From NCBI GenBank assembly GCA_951406725.2, contig OX597819.1, forward strand, positions 109,182,001-109,246,000: DNA of 64,000 nt. The letters are read 5' to 3'. Below, piece by piece: positions 12,955 through 25,748 of this stretch (position 1 is the first letter of the stretch; every line of letters begins with the position of its first letter). A program made the position numbers and the translations under genes. The notes under the pieces were generated by a model that saw nothing but the letters and a program-made list of their open reading frames with translations, had not been told where the DNA came from and searched no databases. The DNA is from Octopus vulgaris. Its lineage: Eukaryota.

Positions 12955-13112
12955 CTTTATTTAAAGCAGCAGAAAATTCAACAAAATCTGTTACTCTGAG
13001 TTTCTCGTTGCCGTTCATCAGACAGTTTTTGCTAGAAAAAACTGTCTGATGAACGGCAACGAGAAACTCAGAGTAACAGATTTTGTTGAATTTTCTGCTG
13101 CTTTAAATAAAG
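12955..13112. repeat. Perfect 76-bp inverted repeat (6-nt loop) inside a (TA)n-flanked insert
   Basis: 12955-13030 is the exact reverse complement of 13037-13112. Confidence 0.95.
13042..13079 (+). ncRNA. Minimal type I hammerhead ribozyme motif; mirrored on the minus strand in the left arm
   Basis: CTGT-CTGATGA-aCGgcaaCGa-GAAA-CTCaGAG-TA-ACAG: stem I CUGU/ACAG, core CUGAUGA/GAAA, GUA cleavage triplet. The first pair of stem II is an A.A mismatch. Confidence 0.65.
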
Positions 13113-13529
13113 TATATATATATATATATGTGTGTGTGTGCGTGTGTGCAAATATTGATTTCAAATTTTGGCACAAGGCAAACAATTTCAAGGAAGAGGT
13201 AAGTTGATTGCATTGACCCCAGCACTCAACTGGTACTTAACTTTATTAACTCCAAAAAGATGAGAAGCAAAGTTGACCGTAGCAGAATTTAAACTCAGAA
13301 CCTGAAGATGGCCGAAATGCCGCTAAGCATTTCTGCCAGCTCGCCACCTTATATATGTAAATATTGACTGACAAACTCATAAGATGCCCATTGAAGTACT
13401 TACAGTTAAAGTATTCATAAGTGCTCATCAAATACTTTGAAAATCATTTAAAATACTCATAATTAGTAATTAAAATACTCGTGATTACTCATTAAATTGC
13501 TCGTAGATGGTCATTAAAATACTTGGTGT

Positions 13530-13945
13530 AGGCATGGCTGTGTGGTTAAGAAGTTTGCTTTCCAACCACATAGTTGTTGGATCAGTCCCACTGTGTGGCA
13601 CCTTGGGCAAGCATCTTCAGTTATAGCCTGAAGCCAATCAAAGCCTTGTGAGTGGATTTGGTAGACAAAACCGAAACGAAACCCATCTTGTGTGCATGTT
13701 TCCTTGTCTTGACTTCCTGCAATTGTTGTAAACAAGCCTCACCATCATACAAGGGGTGTAATTCATTTCCATTCTTCCATGAAAGTATGCCTAGCCCTGG
13801 TACTTTACTTACAAACTGGTGAAAGATGGTGACAGGAAGGGCATCCTGCTGTAGAAAATATTTTGCATGGGACAGATAAAAATTCTATCTGTCCCATGCA
13901 AATATGGAAAAGTGGACATAAAAACAATGATGATGTTGATGATGG
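13530..13945 (+). mobile_element. tRNA-derived SINE, representative copy. Related copies lie at about 11360-11540(-), 11950-12300, 16800-17150, 20270-20660, 21195-21560, 26985-27275(-), 28210-28485(-), 30840-31205(-) and 54660-55045(-)
   Basis: A/B-box-like head TGGCTGTGTGGT...CAGTCCCACT, CCTTGGGCAAG core, GTGAGTGGATTTGGTAGAC body and (GAT)n tail, recurring through the window. Confidence 0.8.
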
Positions 13946-14021
13946 TCTTTAAAAGAAATTAGAAGAAACGTTGATATTCCATCACTTTGGACCTCAACAG
14001 TGTCTCTTTGCTGTCTTGTAG

Positions 14022-14116
14022 GAGTGTCTGACTATTTTTGGTAGCAGCTCAGTCACTGGTGTGATGACCAGTCTCAAGATGTGCTACAGTGGTTATGGGT
14101 CACCACTAATGCTGAT
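14022..14116 (+). CDS. RAD1: RAD1 coding exon 3
   Basis: TCTTGTAG acceptor; ECLTIFGSSSVTGVMTSLKMCYSGYGSPLML plus 2 nt; GTGAGT donor. Confidence 0.93.
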
Positions 14117-14274
14117 GTGAGTAGAGTTATTGTTTTAGTCTTCTGATGAATTGTGCATCTTGATTTGTGGGTGTTGTGTATTTTCTCTATGCATCTTTGT
14201 GTTTGTGTGATTCTGTAATTTCTTTTTTTTGTATATGTTTCTATGTGTCTTACTGTATATGTATGTATGTATGT

Positions 14275-15440
14275 GATGCCACAAGGACATTATCATAAAA
14301 CTGGCCGACAAGGGTGAAGCTGTGGTGGTGTGGCGCGCAGACCTCTACAAGGCTGAAGCTATCTGCCAACTTCAAGACACCTCTTGCCCTCTGCCCTCCA
14401 ATCCTACACCTAGCTACTAACAGACTGTCCTCCACTATCCTTGACCTCATCTTCTTCTCCCATCTCCCTCCCACCGCTTCCAAACTCATTGTCCGCACTC
14501 CAGGCACCCCACCATCTACTTCCTTCCCAAAATCCGCAAGCTCAACAACCCCAGCCATCCCATCGTCTCTGCCTGTAACTGCCCCATGGAACTGGTCTCA
14601 AAATACCTTGACCATGTCCTTGCTCCCCTAGTGGCTTCCTTCCCCTCCCACATCCATGACACTAACCATGCTCTTCGTCTTTTCAAGTCTTTCTTCTTCC
14701 TTCCCGGACCTTCTAAACTTCTTTTCACTCTTGATATCAAGAGTCTATATACGGTGACCCCACACAACCAAGGAATTCTTTCCCTCAACCACTTCCTAGA
14801 CCTTCAACCCTACCCCCAACCTGACACATCCACACTTCTTTGTCTGGCTGAACTTGTTCTCTCCCTCAAATGCTTGTTCACAGTAGAGTTTTACCAACAG
14901 GTCTCAGGAGTGGCCATGGGAATGAGAATGGGCCCTAACTATACGAATCTGTTTGTTGGCTATGTTGAGGCCCAAATATTTTCAAGATTCACTGGTCCCA
15001 CTTCCGAACTATATGGTCATTATATTGATGACTGTATCGGTGCAGCCTCTCTCTCCCATGAACAACTAGACTCCTTCTTCTCTTTTGTCCAATCCTTCCA
15101 TCCTGCCCTCGAATTCTCCTGCACTATTTCCAACACTTCCATCTCCTTTCTTGGCATTTCAGTAAACATACACAACTCCACTCTCACTACAAACACACCA
15201 ATTCAGACTCATACTTCAAATTCTCCTCCTCCCACCGTACCCACACCAAGCTCTCCATCCCCTACTCCTAATTCCCCCTTCTGCACAGGCTCTGCAGTGA
15301 CAACCATGACTTTGAGACTCAGTCTCAACACATGGCTTGCCACTTCATCCTTCATAGATATCCCCTTGCCAGAGCACGTTCCGTGGACCATGCTTCTGCT
15401 CTCTCTCTCTGCACCATCCAGCATTCTGAACACCTTTTTC
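14275..15440 (+). mobile_element. Penelope-like retroelement reverse transcriptase remnant in RAD1 intron 3
   Basis: IIIKLADKGEAVVVW, LFTLDIKSLYT, YQQVSGVAMGMRMGPNYTNLFVG and YIDD motifs, broken by frameshifts. Confidence 0.85.
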
Positions 15441-15498
15441 TTTCATATGTATTAAATCTCTACATCACCCACAATACTTCTAACATATATATATATAA

Positions 15499-15529
<31 letters not shown>

Positions 15530-15540
15530 GTATATGTATA

Positions 15541-16150
15541 ATTAAAATTAATCAAAGGACACACCAAGTATGTCTATCTGCTGGAAATAACAGTCAAAAC
15601 TCTCATTTAAATCACCAAAAAAAAAGCACTGATAATAACTACAGAAATCAACTGTCTGCAGGCAAACGGGCTAAGATAAACTCTTAACATACATTCAAGT
15701 ATTTGGACTCGCATGGACTGGTTTCTGGATTGGCATTATTGTTTCACCCTCCTCAACAGGCATTACCATGTGGGAAAGCCTCAACCCATCACATCGAAGT
15801 CTGTGCTGCAACTGATTTATTTTGTGCCAAATCATGGCAGCTGCCAGTGTGAAAATAATTTCAATACAGAGCAAATAATTTAGGAAAAAACATTTGCAAA
15901 GATATTATTGACTCTGTTATTATCTAGTGTAACAATTAAAAATGATAATAACAGAATCAATAATATAGGTGATTGCAAGCCCCAAAAGGCATTAAATAGC
16001 TGAAGGATTAAAATTAATCAAAGGACATACTAACTATGTCTACCTGCTAGAAATAACAGTCAAAACTCTTATTTATATGGCCAAAGGAACACTGATAATA
16101 ACTACAGAAAGCAACCATCTGCGGGAAAACGGGCTAAGACAAACTCTCAA
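15541..16150 (-). mobile_element. 466-nt unit with ~145-nt terminal direct repeat and a decayed hammerhead (Penelope pLTR/retrozyme-like)
   Basis: 15541-15688 is repeated, diverged, at 16007-16150. The minus strand at 15711-15761 reads GCCTG-TTGAGGA-GGGT...ATCCA-GAAA-CCAG-TC-CATGC. Confidence 0.6.
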
Positions 16151-16565
16151 CATGTGAATATTGTTGGTGGTTCTGCTGTTTAGCCCTAGCTTGTCCAGAA
16201 ATTTATAATCACAGAGATTCTTGTCATAACTTTTAACATCATCTCTTCTTTATCTGTCACACACTTATTACAATGCACAATCTCTGTCTCTCTCGTCCAG
16301 TCATGCACTCTGTATTTTATCATATCATCATCGTGATACGTCTGTTTTCCATGCTGACCAGCTGAGGGGCTGTTCAGGTTCCCTGTCTGTTTTGGCATGG
16401 TTGCCCTTCTTAACACTAACCACTTTACAGAGTGTACTGGGTGCTTTTTATGTGGCAGCAGCACCTACGAGCCCATGAAATTAGGGATAGTCAGCTAGGG
16501 AGGATAGCCTATAATTCAGTATAATTATTTCTCTTGCTCTTTTTCTCATCTATGTGCCTGGCCAG

Positions 16566-16677
16566 ACTGGAGGAAGATGGTGTCCTCACAGACTGCAGCA
16601 TCAAAACTATGGAACCAGAGGAAGTTTTGGACTTTGATTTCTGCACTGAGAACGTTGTCAACAAAATCATCATGAAG
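16566..16677 (+). CDS. RAD1: RAD1 coding exon 4
   Basis: CCAG acceptor; (I)LEEDGVLTDCSIKTMEPEEVLDFDFCTENVVNKIIMK; GTAAAA donor. Phase is consistent with exon 3. Confidence 0.93.
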
Positions 16678-17654
16678 GTAAAAGCAGGGTCTCACTGGCT
16701 CCCTTAAATCTCTACCATTCTCTAAAGTATACAGGTGTATAGGGTTGATGTTTTTAGTCTGCCAAGTTATGATAGCCATTCAATTTATTGTTATATATTC
16801 TAACAACAGATATTAGTCTCTTCTGCTATAGCCTCAGGTCAATAACTTGTGAATAGAATTTGTTAGACAGAAACTCTGTGTGTGTGTGTACAGCAGTGCT
16901 ACTGTGGTGTACCTTGGGCAAGTATCTTGTACTATAGCCCCAGATTGTACAAAACCTTGTGAATGAATTTCATGGTCAGACGCTGAAAAATGTTTGCTGT
17001 GTGTGTGTGTGTGTATTTGTTTATATTTGTGCTTGACTAAAGTTGGTATGGGTTAGTGACAGGAAGAGCATCCAGGCACAAAACAATGCCTCGGTAATGT
17101 ATTCACCTAACCCATGCTAGCATGGAAAAATGGACATAAAACAAATAAATGAATATATATGTTTGTGTCTATGCTTATTTGAAAATGCTCCCCAATAGCT
17201 GTAGCAGGAAGTAATGGTACCTATTATACAGCAAGGTAAACTCTTGACACATTCACCGCCACAATCTGTTATTGAATCTTACCAATGATACCATGTATTT
17301 CGCATAGTCACACCGCATACAGTTTAATTACAAGGAAATGTAATTTATTAATATTTTTACAATATTACAGTATTAAACTTGAATATTTAGCACTCATGTT
17401 ATTTAAATATTCTTGAAACCATGTCAAAAATATAGAATAACATATTTACTCAAATTATAAAAATGTACCACCAGAGGTGTATATGGCAATTGTGTGAGGT
17501 TTGCAATGAACCACAGGTGGTACACGTGGCAGTTACCATGTTAAATACGATATCTTTCCTTAGAACGAAACACTGTTATCTGTAAGAGGAAGTGATAGTG
17601 TTTATTGTTCAGCTAGGTTGACTGATTATGTAATTTCTTGAGACGATTGTGTTG

Positions 17655-18295
17655 GTATGGTCATGTACTACGGATTTGTGTAGAAGTGCCACTCCCAAAC
17701 TGTTGAAGGAATCCGGGGTAGAGGTAGACCCAGGACAACATGGGACAAGGTGGTCAAGCATGACCTTCGTACTTTGAGTCTCACAGAGGCTATGACGAAT
17801 ACTGAGACCTCTGGAGACATGCGGTGACTTCGAAGACCCGACAAATGAAGTGAGTTCATGGCTCACGGGACGGCCTGCTGTGCTAACCTTGGATCGTAGA
17901 GTGACCCGCTGTTCTTGAGGAGACCTATTGAGTCAAGTACATCAAAATAAAAATTCAAATGGAAATTGTAGTTAAGACACCCGTGCCGGTGACACGTAAA
18001 AAGCACCGTCTGAACGTGGCAGAAGCCAGCGCCACCTGACTGGCGTCTGTGTTGGTGACACGTAAAAGCACCAACCAATCATGGCCGTTTGCCAGCCTGC
18101 TCTGGCCCCTGTGCCGGTGGCACGTAAAAAACAACCACTACACTCATGGAGTGGTTGGCATTAGGCAGGGCATCCAGCCGTAGAAACACTGCCAAATCAG
18201 ACTAGAGCCTGGTGCAGCCTCCATGGCTTCCCAAACCCTGGTCGAACCATCCAACCCATGCTAGCATGGAAAACGGACGTTTTTTGATGATGATG
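17655..18295 (+). mobile_element. RTE-clade LINE 3' fragment
   Basis: Encodes RGRGRPRTTWDKVVKHDLRTL, followed by the GTGCCGGTGGCAC-repeat 3'UTR and a (GAT)n tail. Confidence 0.8.
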
Positions 18296-18538
18296 AAGAC
18301 ACAGCATAATGGCATTAGCAGGAAATGGTAGTACTTACTTTACAGCTAAGTAGGCAGTGGTAAGTAGAGTGTCTTGTCTGCAATAACTGTAGCAAGAGTG
18401 GAAGTAATCTTTGCATTTCTGACTCAAGTCCCCTAACCACACAGCCACTCTTGTGGGGTTAGAAGACTTTGGTCCACACTATATTTCAATGCTTGAGTCC
18501 ACATCATATTTAAATACTGTCTCCTTTTCTCATTACAG

Positions 18539-18661
18539 TCAGAATGTCTTCGTGAAGCATTCAGTGAATTAGATATGACCAGTAGTGTTTTAGAGTTTCT
18601 TCTCTCGCCTGATCCACCATACTTCAGGATGTCTACGTTTGGAAATGCTGGACGCACACAT
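18539..18661 (+). CDS. RAD1: RAD1 coding exon 5
   Basis: TTACAG acceptor; SECLREAFSELDMTSSVLEFLLSPDPPYFRMSTFGNAGRTH; GTAAGT donor. Confidence 0.95.
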
Positions 18662-19545
18662 GTAAGTTTGCGAATTTGGTTTAGCGAGGTTCTGTACAGA
18701 AGTATGTTTTGTTGTGTGCTCATGTCTTAGTATTTATTTGCATCTGTATATAGGTGTATGTATTTAGCTTAAAACTTATGAGTTTTCCATTTACAAATCT
18801 ATTTGTCTTGCAGTCATTATGCACTGTTGTCAATTACTAATGTTGTCTGTCTTCGCAAAAGGAAGCTTCACTTCCTTGTCAGGTCAGAGTTGCCTCTCTT
18901 CTTGTAAATCAAAACTAAAAACAGGGAAAACAAAAGTGAAGAGGACATACACAGTGAATGTATTAAATTGATATTGTATTGGAAAATTTAAGATGATAAA
19001 AAAGAGGGGTTGTGACATTTTGTGCATAGCTCAGCATCTGAGAAAGGAAAAAGTTTAGAGATAAGGAAAAGAATAGTCTAAGAAAAGCTCATGTCATTGT
19101 TGATGAAAACTAAGAGTTTGAAATGTATGCATCCATCGGTCAAATGAAGGGTACTTTGAGTTGACTATGACTTTTTTGACATATTTTTCTCTTGAGCAAG
19201 AATTTTTTCTCCATGACAAACTACAGTAAAAAATCTCATAGTTTCAAATATCTCTTTAACATATATGAACTGGTCTTTTGTTTGTTTACTCTCAGTTACT
19301 GTTTTGTGCATCTCATATATTTTATATATGGGTGGGACTTGCTGTTGCCAGCATGGAACATGAACATTAAATGATGATGACATGTGTGTGTGTGTGTACA
19401 CACACACACACAAATATATATACATGCATGTAAGACACAATGCAAAAGGTGCAGCATATCTAAAAAAGGAACACGTGTGCATATGCATGCATGTGTCTAT
19501 ACATTCATGTGTGTGCGTGTACATATATATATATATATATATATA

Positions 19546-20055
19546 CTGTAAATCCTTGAGTATAATCCCCACTTATTTCCCAAAATTTAAAGGTCAAAAT
19601 CCCTAGTGCGTACTATATACGAGGTTAAAAATTAAAATTATTTTCTAAGCAATGTCCGAGTCTCTATTTGCTGTCCAGCAATGTTTATTCAGACGCATTT
19701 TGTGATATCGGATGCGAAAATACCTTAAGCTAAACCTGAAAGCAATGAAGTCTTAAAGAATCATCCATAACTTGCAATAAGCAACATTTATTAAACATTA
19801 TTACTGTTATTTCTTTATTTTCTGCAAACAAAATGCACAAAAAAGCTACACGTTTGCATTATGTTATGTATACAATAATAATAGAGGACGTTACCGTATA
19901 CAGTTTTACAAACCAAGGACATTATATGACCTCCTTGACTCAAGTTAGAGAAGGGGTGTGTATTATACACAAGGTTTAGGTTTTTCAGAGGTACAGCCCC
20001 CTAAAAATCCCCTGCGTATTATACTCAAGGGCGGACTATACTTGAGGATTTACGG
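19546..20055. mobile_element. Tc2/pogo-like (Tc1-mariner superfamily) MITE inserted in (TA)n
   Basis: TIRs CTGTAAATCCTTGAGTATAATCC and GGACTATACTTGAGGATTTACGG, flanked by TA. Confidence 0.85.
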
Positions 20056-20781
20056 TATATATATATATATATATATATATATTAGTTGTGTGTTGGTTAA
20101 CTAGATATTTCCTATCTAAAGGCTTCATTCAGTCGACAAAGTATGAAGAAATATTCTGGTTTACAATGTACAATTATAATAAATTCTACACAAATTCAAA
20201 CAGTGTGTATTGAACCATCTGCATTTTTTCTTAAAAACACAAAAAAATACCACATATGTATATATATAGTGTTGTGTGGTTATGATGTTTGCTTGCCAAC
20301 TACTTGGTTTCAGGTTCAGTCTCACTGCGTAGCATCTTGGGCAAGTGTCTTAGTATAGCCCTGGGCCAAACAAAGCCTTTTGGTAAAATAAAACTGAAAG
20401 AGACCTGTTGTATTTATGTTTTTGTTTATGTCTTCTTGTCACGACATTGCAGAATAGTTATGGACATCAATGTCATACCAGGTGCGTCCCTTGGTTCTAG
20501 ACTTTCTTTAAAATATGTTTGTTCATGGGGAACTGTTTCCTTACTTGGAGATTGGTGATGGTGACAGGAAGGGTATCAGACCATAGATTAATCAGCTTCA
20601 GTGAATACTATCTGATCTTTGCAAGCATAGAACAGTAGATATTAAAGCAATGATGATGATGTTGACTTACACACACACACGCACACACACACACACACAG
20701 ACCTAATATCACAAGATATTTTGTTGCACCCTCTACTGATTCTTCCAATCTAGCATATGTCAAATTTTCTTTGTCTTCCAG

Positions 20782-20846
20782 TCTGATTTTCCGCGAGATT
20801 CTGATATGATTGAATCTTTCCAGTGCCAGGCTACCCAGACTAATAG
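20782..20846 (+). CDS. RAD1: RAD1 coding exon 6
   Basis: TTCCAG acceptor; SDFPRDSDMIESFQCQATQTN plus AG; GTAATT donor. Confidence 0.92.
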
Positions 20847-21125
20847 GTAATTATGTAGGTTAGTTACTCTTTGACTGTAAAGCAGACACTATGTTTGTGT
20901 GTGTGTGTGTCTGTCTGTCTCTCTCTGTATGTATGTATGTATATGGGTGTTGTTTAGAGAGAATGGGCTGCACCAGGCTCCAATTGTCTGTTTTGGCATG
21001 ATTTCTATGGCTGGATGCTCTTCCTAACACCAACTATTGTACAGGGTATACTGGGGACTTTTTATGTGGTACCAGCACAGATGCTTTTTACGTGGTGCCG
21101 GCATGGGTGGATATAGATGTATTTA

Positions 21126-21184
<59 letters not shown>

Positions 21185-21842
21185 TTATTGTGCAGGTATG
21201 GCAGTGTGGTTAAGAAGTTCACATTCCAACCATATGGTTTGGGGTTCCATTCTACTGTTTTGGTATCTTGGATAAATAGCTTCTACTATAGGCCTGGGTC
21301 ATCCAAAGCTTTGTTGTGGATTTGATTGGCAGAAACTGAAAGAAACCTGTGTGTGTGTATTGGGAGTTCTCTTAATCTTCACACCATGCTATAGTTGTAA
21401 ACAAGAATCACCATCATATATGCAGTGTCCTATGTTTCCCATCTTTCCTGGAAGCATGTCTGGCCATAGGGAAATATCTTGCTTGGAAACAAGTCTTCTT
21501 CAATACTTTTTTTTCTATCTGACCCATGCAAGCATGGCAAAGTTGACATTAATGTCATGGTGATATATATGCATGCATGTATTATGCGTGTGTGTGTGTG
21601 TGTGTATATATATTACAATTTAAAAATAGGATAAAATCTTTATAAGAATTTATCAAGTAGTTAGTGTGAAAAACCTCATAAGGGAAAAGTTTTTTAATTA
21701 TTCCCTTTAAATATATTTATCTATATTAAGGGCATTACTATACATAAATGCCTCACGCTAGGAGGGACTCTTAAAGTCAAAAACTACCATAATAAACACA
21801 TTGTGTGTGTATGTATGTATATATATATATATATATATATAT

Positions 21843-22900
21843 AGGAATCAAGTGCAGCATGCAAGAGAAGAGACTATGTAGGTTTGGACATGTGATGCAT
21901 ATGAATGAAGACAGCTGTATAAAGAAGTGCCAGTCACCGAAAGTGGTTGGCACCTGTGGAAGAGGGAGACCCAGGAAGACATGGGATGAAGTGGTGAGGA
22001 TTGATTTCAGGATGCTGGGACTCACAGAGGAAATGACATTGGACTATGTCTAGTGATATGAGGTTCTAGAGAAGGCCCATCCACGTCAGCAAATCTGAGT
22101 TCTAGAAGCATTGTGTTCCACCCACATGTAACTAAAACTTTCACACACCCTACCCCAACAAACCAAACTACATTCCCCCCTTCCCAAACTGTTTCTCTTC
22201 ATACACTATGATTATCTCCCTCTTCCCAATCCAGTTCTTGCTACCCTGTTCACTGTATTGTTGCTCCCCCTCTACATACCCAGATTTTCACCAGTCACAG
22301 CAATCCATTCCCAAATACAGTCCTCACTGCCCTGCTCACCTCCTTTCCCTCCCCCTCTATATATATCCAGATTCTCTCTAGTCCCTGCGTTCCCCCACCC
22401 CCTACTCACGACTCCTTGGCAATACCCTGACTGCACCTACAACCATTCATCTCCCTTTTTATTACTCTACCATTCCATCCATACCCTGATCCCCGTTCCT
22501 TGCAAGTATACCCTGCCACTTACCGCCATCCCTCTCCTACTCTCTCTTTCCATTGCTCTCCCCTCTGGCTGAGTAATGTATCTCCTCTACAGCAACAAAC
22601 CTGTTTCTACCCTCATTCTTGATCACTCTTTTTCCCTCATTCCCTTGCTCTTGCCTCTGGCTGGGTAACCATGTATCTCCTTTCCAGCAGTTCGTCTCTT
22701 TTTTTGTTAACTCCCACTCTCTCTCTCTGGGCAACTGTTTCTACCCTCATTCTCCCTCTACAGCAAGACATCTGTTTCTACCTCTCTGTCACACTCTAAT
22801 CTTTCATTATCTGACACAAGATCACCTCCTCCAATGCCCCTTCCCCTCTCAAAGACTCTTTGCCCTTGCTTACCCCCAATCCTCAGTTTCTAGACATGAG
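21843..22900 (+). mobile_element. RTE-clade LINE 3' fragment with a long CT-rich tail region
   Basis: RLCRFGHVMHMNEDSCIKKC...GTCGRGRPRKTWDEVVRIDFRMLGL. The right boundary is approximate. Confidence 0.7.
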
Positions 22901-23177
22901 TGGTTTTGAGACCAAGGCCTCTACCTTGATTTTTAAGAAATGTGCCTTATGATGTTTAGGTATAAAGTTATCTCTCTTTATGCCAAGGAAAGCTTTGCCA
23001 TTTAATAAAGAGAAATTGATAAAATAAGTACCAGACAAAATACCGTGGCAGGAGCTAGGGATATAATTGCCTCTAAAACCATTTAAAGTTGCTGCCCCAG
23101 TATGTTTGCCAAATCTGAAACTAGTTAAAGAATGTTCCAGAATTGTAAATTCTGATTTTTCAAATTTTCTTTTTCAG

Positions 23178-23322
23178 GTATAAAATCTCGCTTTTAAAGC
23201 CATCAGTGAAAGCACTGACCATCTCTTCACGTGTTTCCATCAGGGTTGACAAACGTGGCTTCCTTTCTCTCCAGTTTATGATAAAAAATGAAGATGGACA
23301 AGTCTGTTTTGTGGAGTTTTAT
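23178..23322 (+). CDS. RAD1: RAD1 coding exon 7
   Basis: TTTTCAG acceptor; (R)YKISLLKPSVKALTISSRVSIRVDKRGFLSLQFMIKNEDGQVCFVEFY; GTAAGT donor. Confidence 0.95.
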
Positions 23323-23669
23323 GTAAGTTTTCCGTTCGTTGATTTTTTTTAATGTTGCTGTTGTTAAGGCTGCAAGCTGGCAAAATTGTTAGCATACCAG
23401 ACAAAATTCTTCATGGAATGTATCCTGGTTTTATACTCTGTTCAAATTCTGCCAAGGCCGACTTTACCTTTCATTCTTTTGAGCTTGGTAAAATAAGTAT
23501 CAGTTGGGCACTGGGATCAATGTAAACAACTACCCGACTCTCCCAAAATTTTACACTTTGTGCCTATAGTAGAAAGTAGAAAGGGTTATCATTGCTGTTG
23601 TTGAGAAGAAAAAGACTGTTATGGCTCCAGATCACAAGTTCAACACTCATCTGATATTTTTACCTGTTT

Positions 23670-24158
23670 CCTTCATTGGACATTAAACTCTGCTTGTGAA
23701 GACCTGTTGAGGCAAGTGAAATCAATCAAATTCGATGACTGGCATCCGTGCTAGTGTAGTGCTAAGAGCACCATTCGAGCGTGATCATTGCCAGAGCAGC
23801 TAAAAAGTACCATTCGAGCATGATTGTTACCAGCGTCACCTTACTGGCACGTGAAAAAACATTTGAACGAGGTCATTGCCAGTGCCACTGGATTGGTTCC
23901 TGTGCATGTGGTACGTAAAAAACACCATTTGAGCATGGCCATTGCCAGTACTGCCTGACTGGCCCTCGTGCCGGTGGCACGTAAAATCACCCACTACACT
24001 CAGGGAGTGGTTGGCATTAGGAAGGGCATCCAGCTGTAGAAACTCTGCCAGATCAGATTGGTGCCTGGTGCAGCCATCTGGTTCGCCAGTCCTCAGTCAA
24101 ATAGTCCAACCCATACTAGCATGGAAAGTGGACGTTGAACGATGATGATGATGATGAT
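23670..24158 (+). mobile_element. RTE 3'UTR fragment
   Basis: Same internal repeats, GGAAGGGCATCCAGCTGTAGAAAC motif and (GAT)n tail as 57921-58527. Confidence 0.75.
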
Positions 24159-25099
24159 GTTCAAATGTATATTAATCTTGTATATGTACAATCATGCACA
24201 TATGAGGAGCTCCTATGTGAGCACTTGACTTGTTTGACAAAGCAATCAAATCTCTTTCAAATTGCATTATATTATCCTGAAAAAAGTGTACACATTGGAT
24301 AATGTAGCCCTAGATATGCTATATCTGAAAAAGAAGTAGGATGATGATGGCTGTAATGTCCTTAGTCATAATTCTCCCCAATCACAGCTAACTTGGGATT
24401 AAAGAATGGCAGCATATTCATCAATGTTACCATTGTTGACATCTACATTTTTCATGTTACCATATGTTAAATGGGTTTATAATTCTGCATCATCTCATCT
24501 TTGAGGCCCAATGCTCTCTGGTGTAATGCCATCATGTCTTTCCTGATCTACCTCTGTCACAGTTACCTTCCAGCATTAACTCATTACAACCTCATGTTTT
24601 CATGTCCATACCACATAATTGTATCTTTCAAGTGTTTTAGATGTTGCTTTTAGACATATCTTTAATACTTAGCCACTGTCACATCTCTCTTGTCCTCAAC
24701 GACATCTTTTAAGTTAACATGGCACATCAAACAAACCACGCCTAACATGCCTCTCTCCAGCCACTGGAAATTCATACAGAATAGTTTTAAATAACGCAAA
24801 GATCGATGATTTTGTTCTTAGTCATTTAAACAGCTTTCACATTTTCAGTTTATTTTATGTACACACAAATGGTTCATCAGTGGATGTGGTGACAACTAAT
24901 TGAAGAAAGCTATGAGTGCATACTGTTTCTTGAGTAAAACAAAACAAAATAATCCACAGTAAAAGACAATGATGGTGTCATAATAAGTTACATGAAGAAG
25001 CGGATGTAATGTATAATAAATGCTAACTGGATTTCTGTATGTTTTGTCAATTCATTTTAATTAAACCTCTTATTAGTATCCTTAGTGATAACAATAGTG

Positions 25100-25560
25100 T
25101 CAATTTTGTATTTTCTCTCTCTCTTGAAGAAAGGAAAGAGAGTACATCATAAAGATTGTCCAACCACCTTCCTACAGCTAGGAAGAGACTGTAGCCTTTA
25201 TCTCTTTGGTGGCTTTGGTGAAACAGGTTGTGTGATGGACAAGATTGAAAGGGCTGAAGACAGTCACATTTCTCTTTGACCAAACCTTCATAACCCTTTT
25301 CGAGTTTTACTTGAAAAGGAAAATGAGGATGGAGAAGGAAGCGTTGTCTCCTAGCAAATTTGTTGAAAGGTGGATGAGTGGCAAGTATGGTCTGAATGAA
25401 TAGGCCTACTCTGAACATACACCTGTAGAAGACGATAACAAGAAGCAGGTACTTGCCTTAGTGATCAGGTAGACTGGTTTTGTGGGGTTTCCTCAGGTGC
25501 CCCTTGGATGGCCATCTGCCATGCCAGCTTGGGTTGGGTTGAGTTGGACAGTTCTTATTT
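25100..25560 (-). mobile_element. Possible highly decayed Penelope-like C-terminal fragment
   Basis: HPPFNKF...FLLHPHFP loosely resembles the PLE motif NPPF...FLxLxxKHFP. Otherwise degenerate. Confidence 0.3.
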
Positions 25561-25712
25561 GAGTTATGTTTGTTATTGAGAAAGAATAGTAGGGGAGAGG
25601 CTAAAATTTAAAGTGGTGGATGTTAAAATGGAAGCATTACCAATGCTAATTGTTAATCTGACAATTTTTATTTATATACTTGATATTTTTTTTGTCTCAT
25701 TATGGAATGCAG

Positions 25713-25748
25713 TGTGTTCCAGATGAAGATGAAGAACCAGAAGAATGA
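25713..25748 (+). CDS. RAD1: RAD1 last coding exon (exon 8)
   Basis: TGCAG acceptor; CVPDEDEEPEE-TGA matches the RAD1 C-terminal CxPDE motif. The assembled protein is 280 aa. Confidence 0.88.
   Translation, partial: CVPDEDEEPEE

Noticed and set aside
13300-13325. CTGAAGA-TGGCC-GAAA hammerhead-like core
   Set aside because: It lies within a diverged SINE copy, has no stem I or III, and other copies of that SINE lack the motif.
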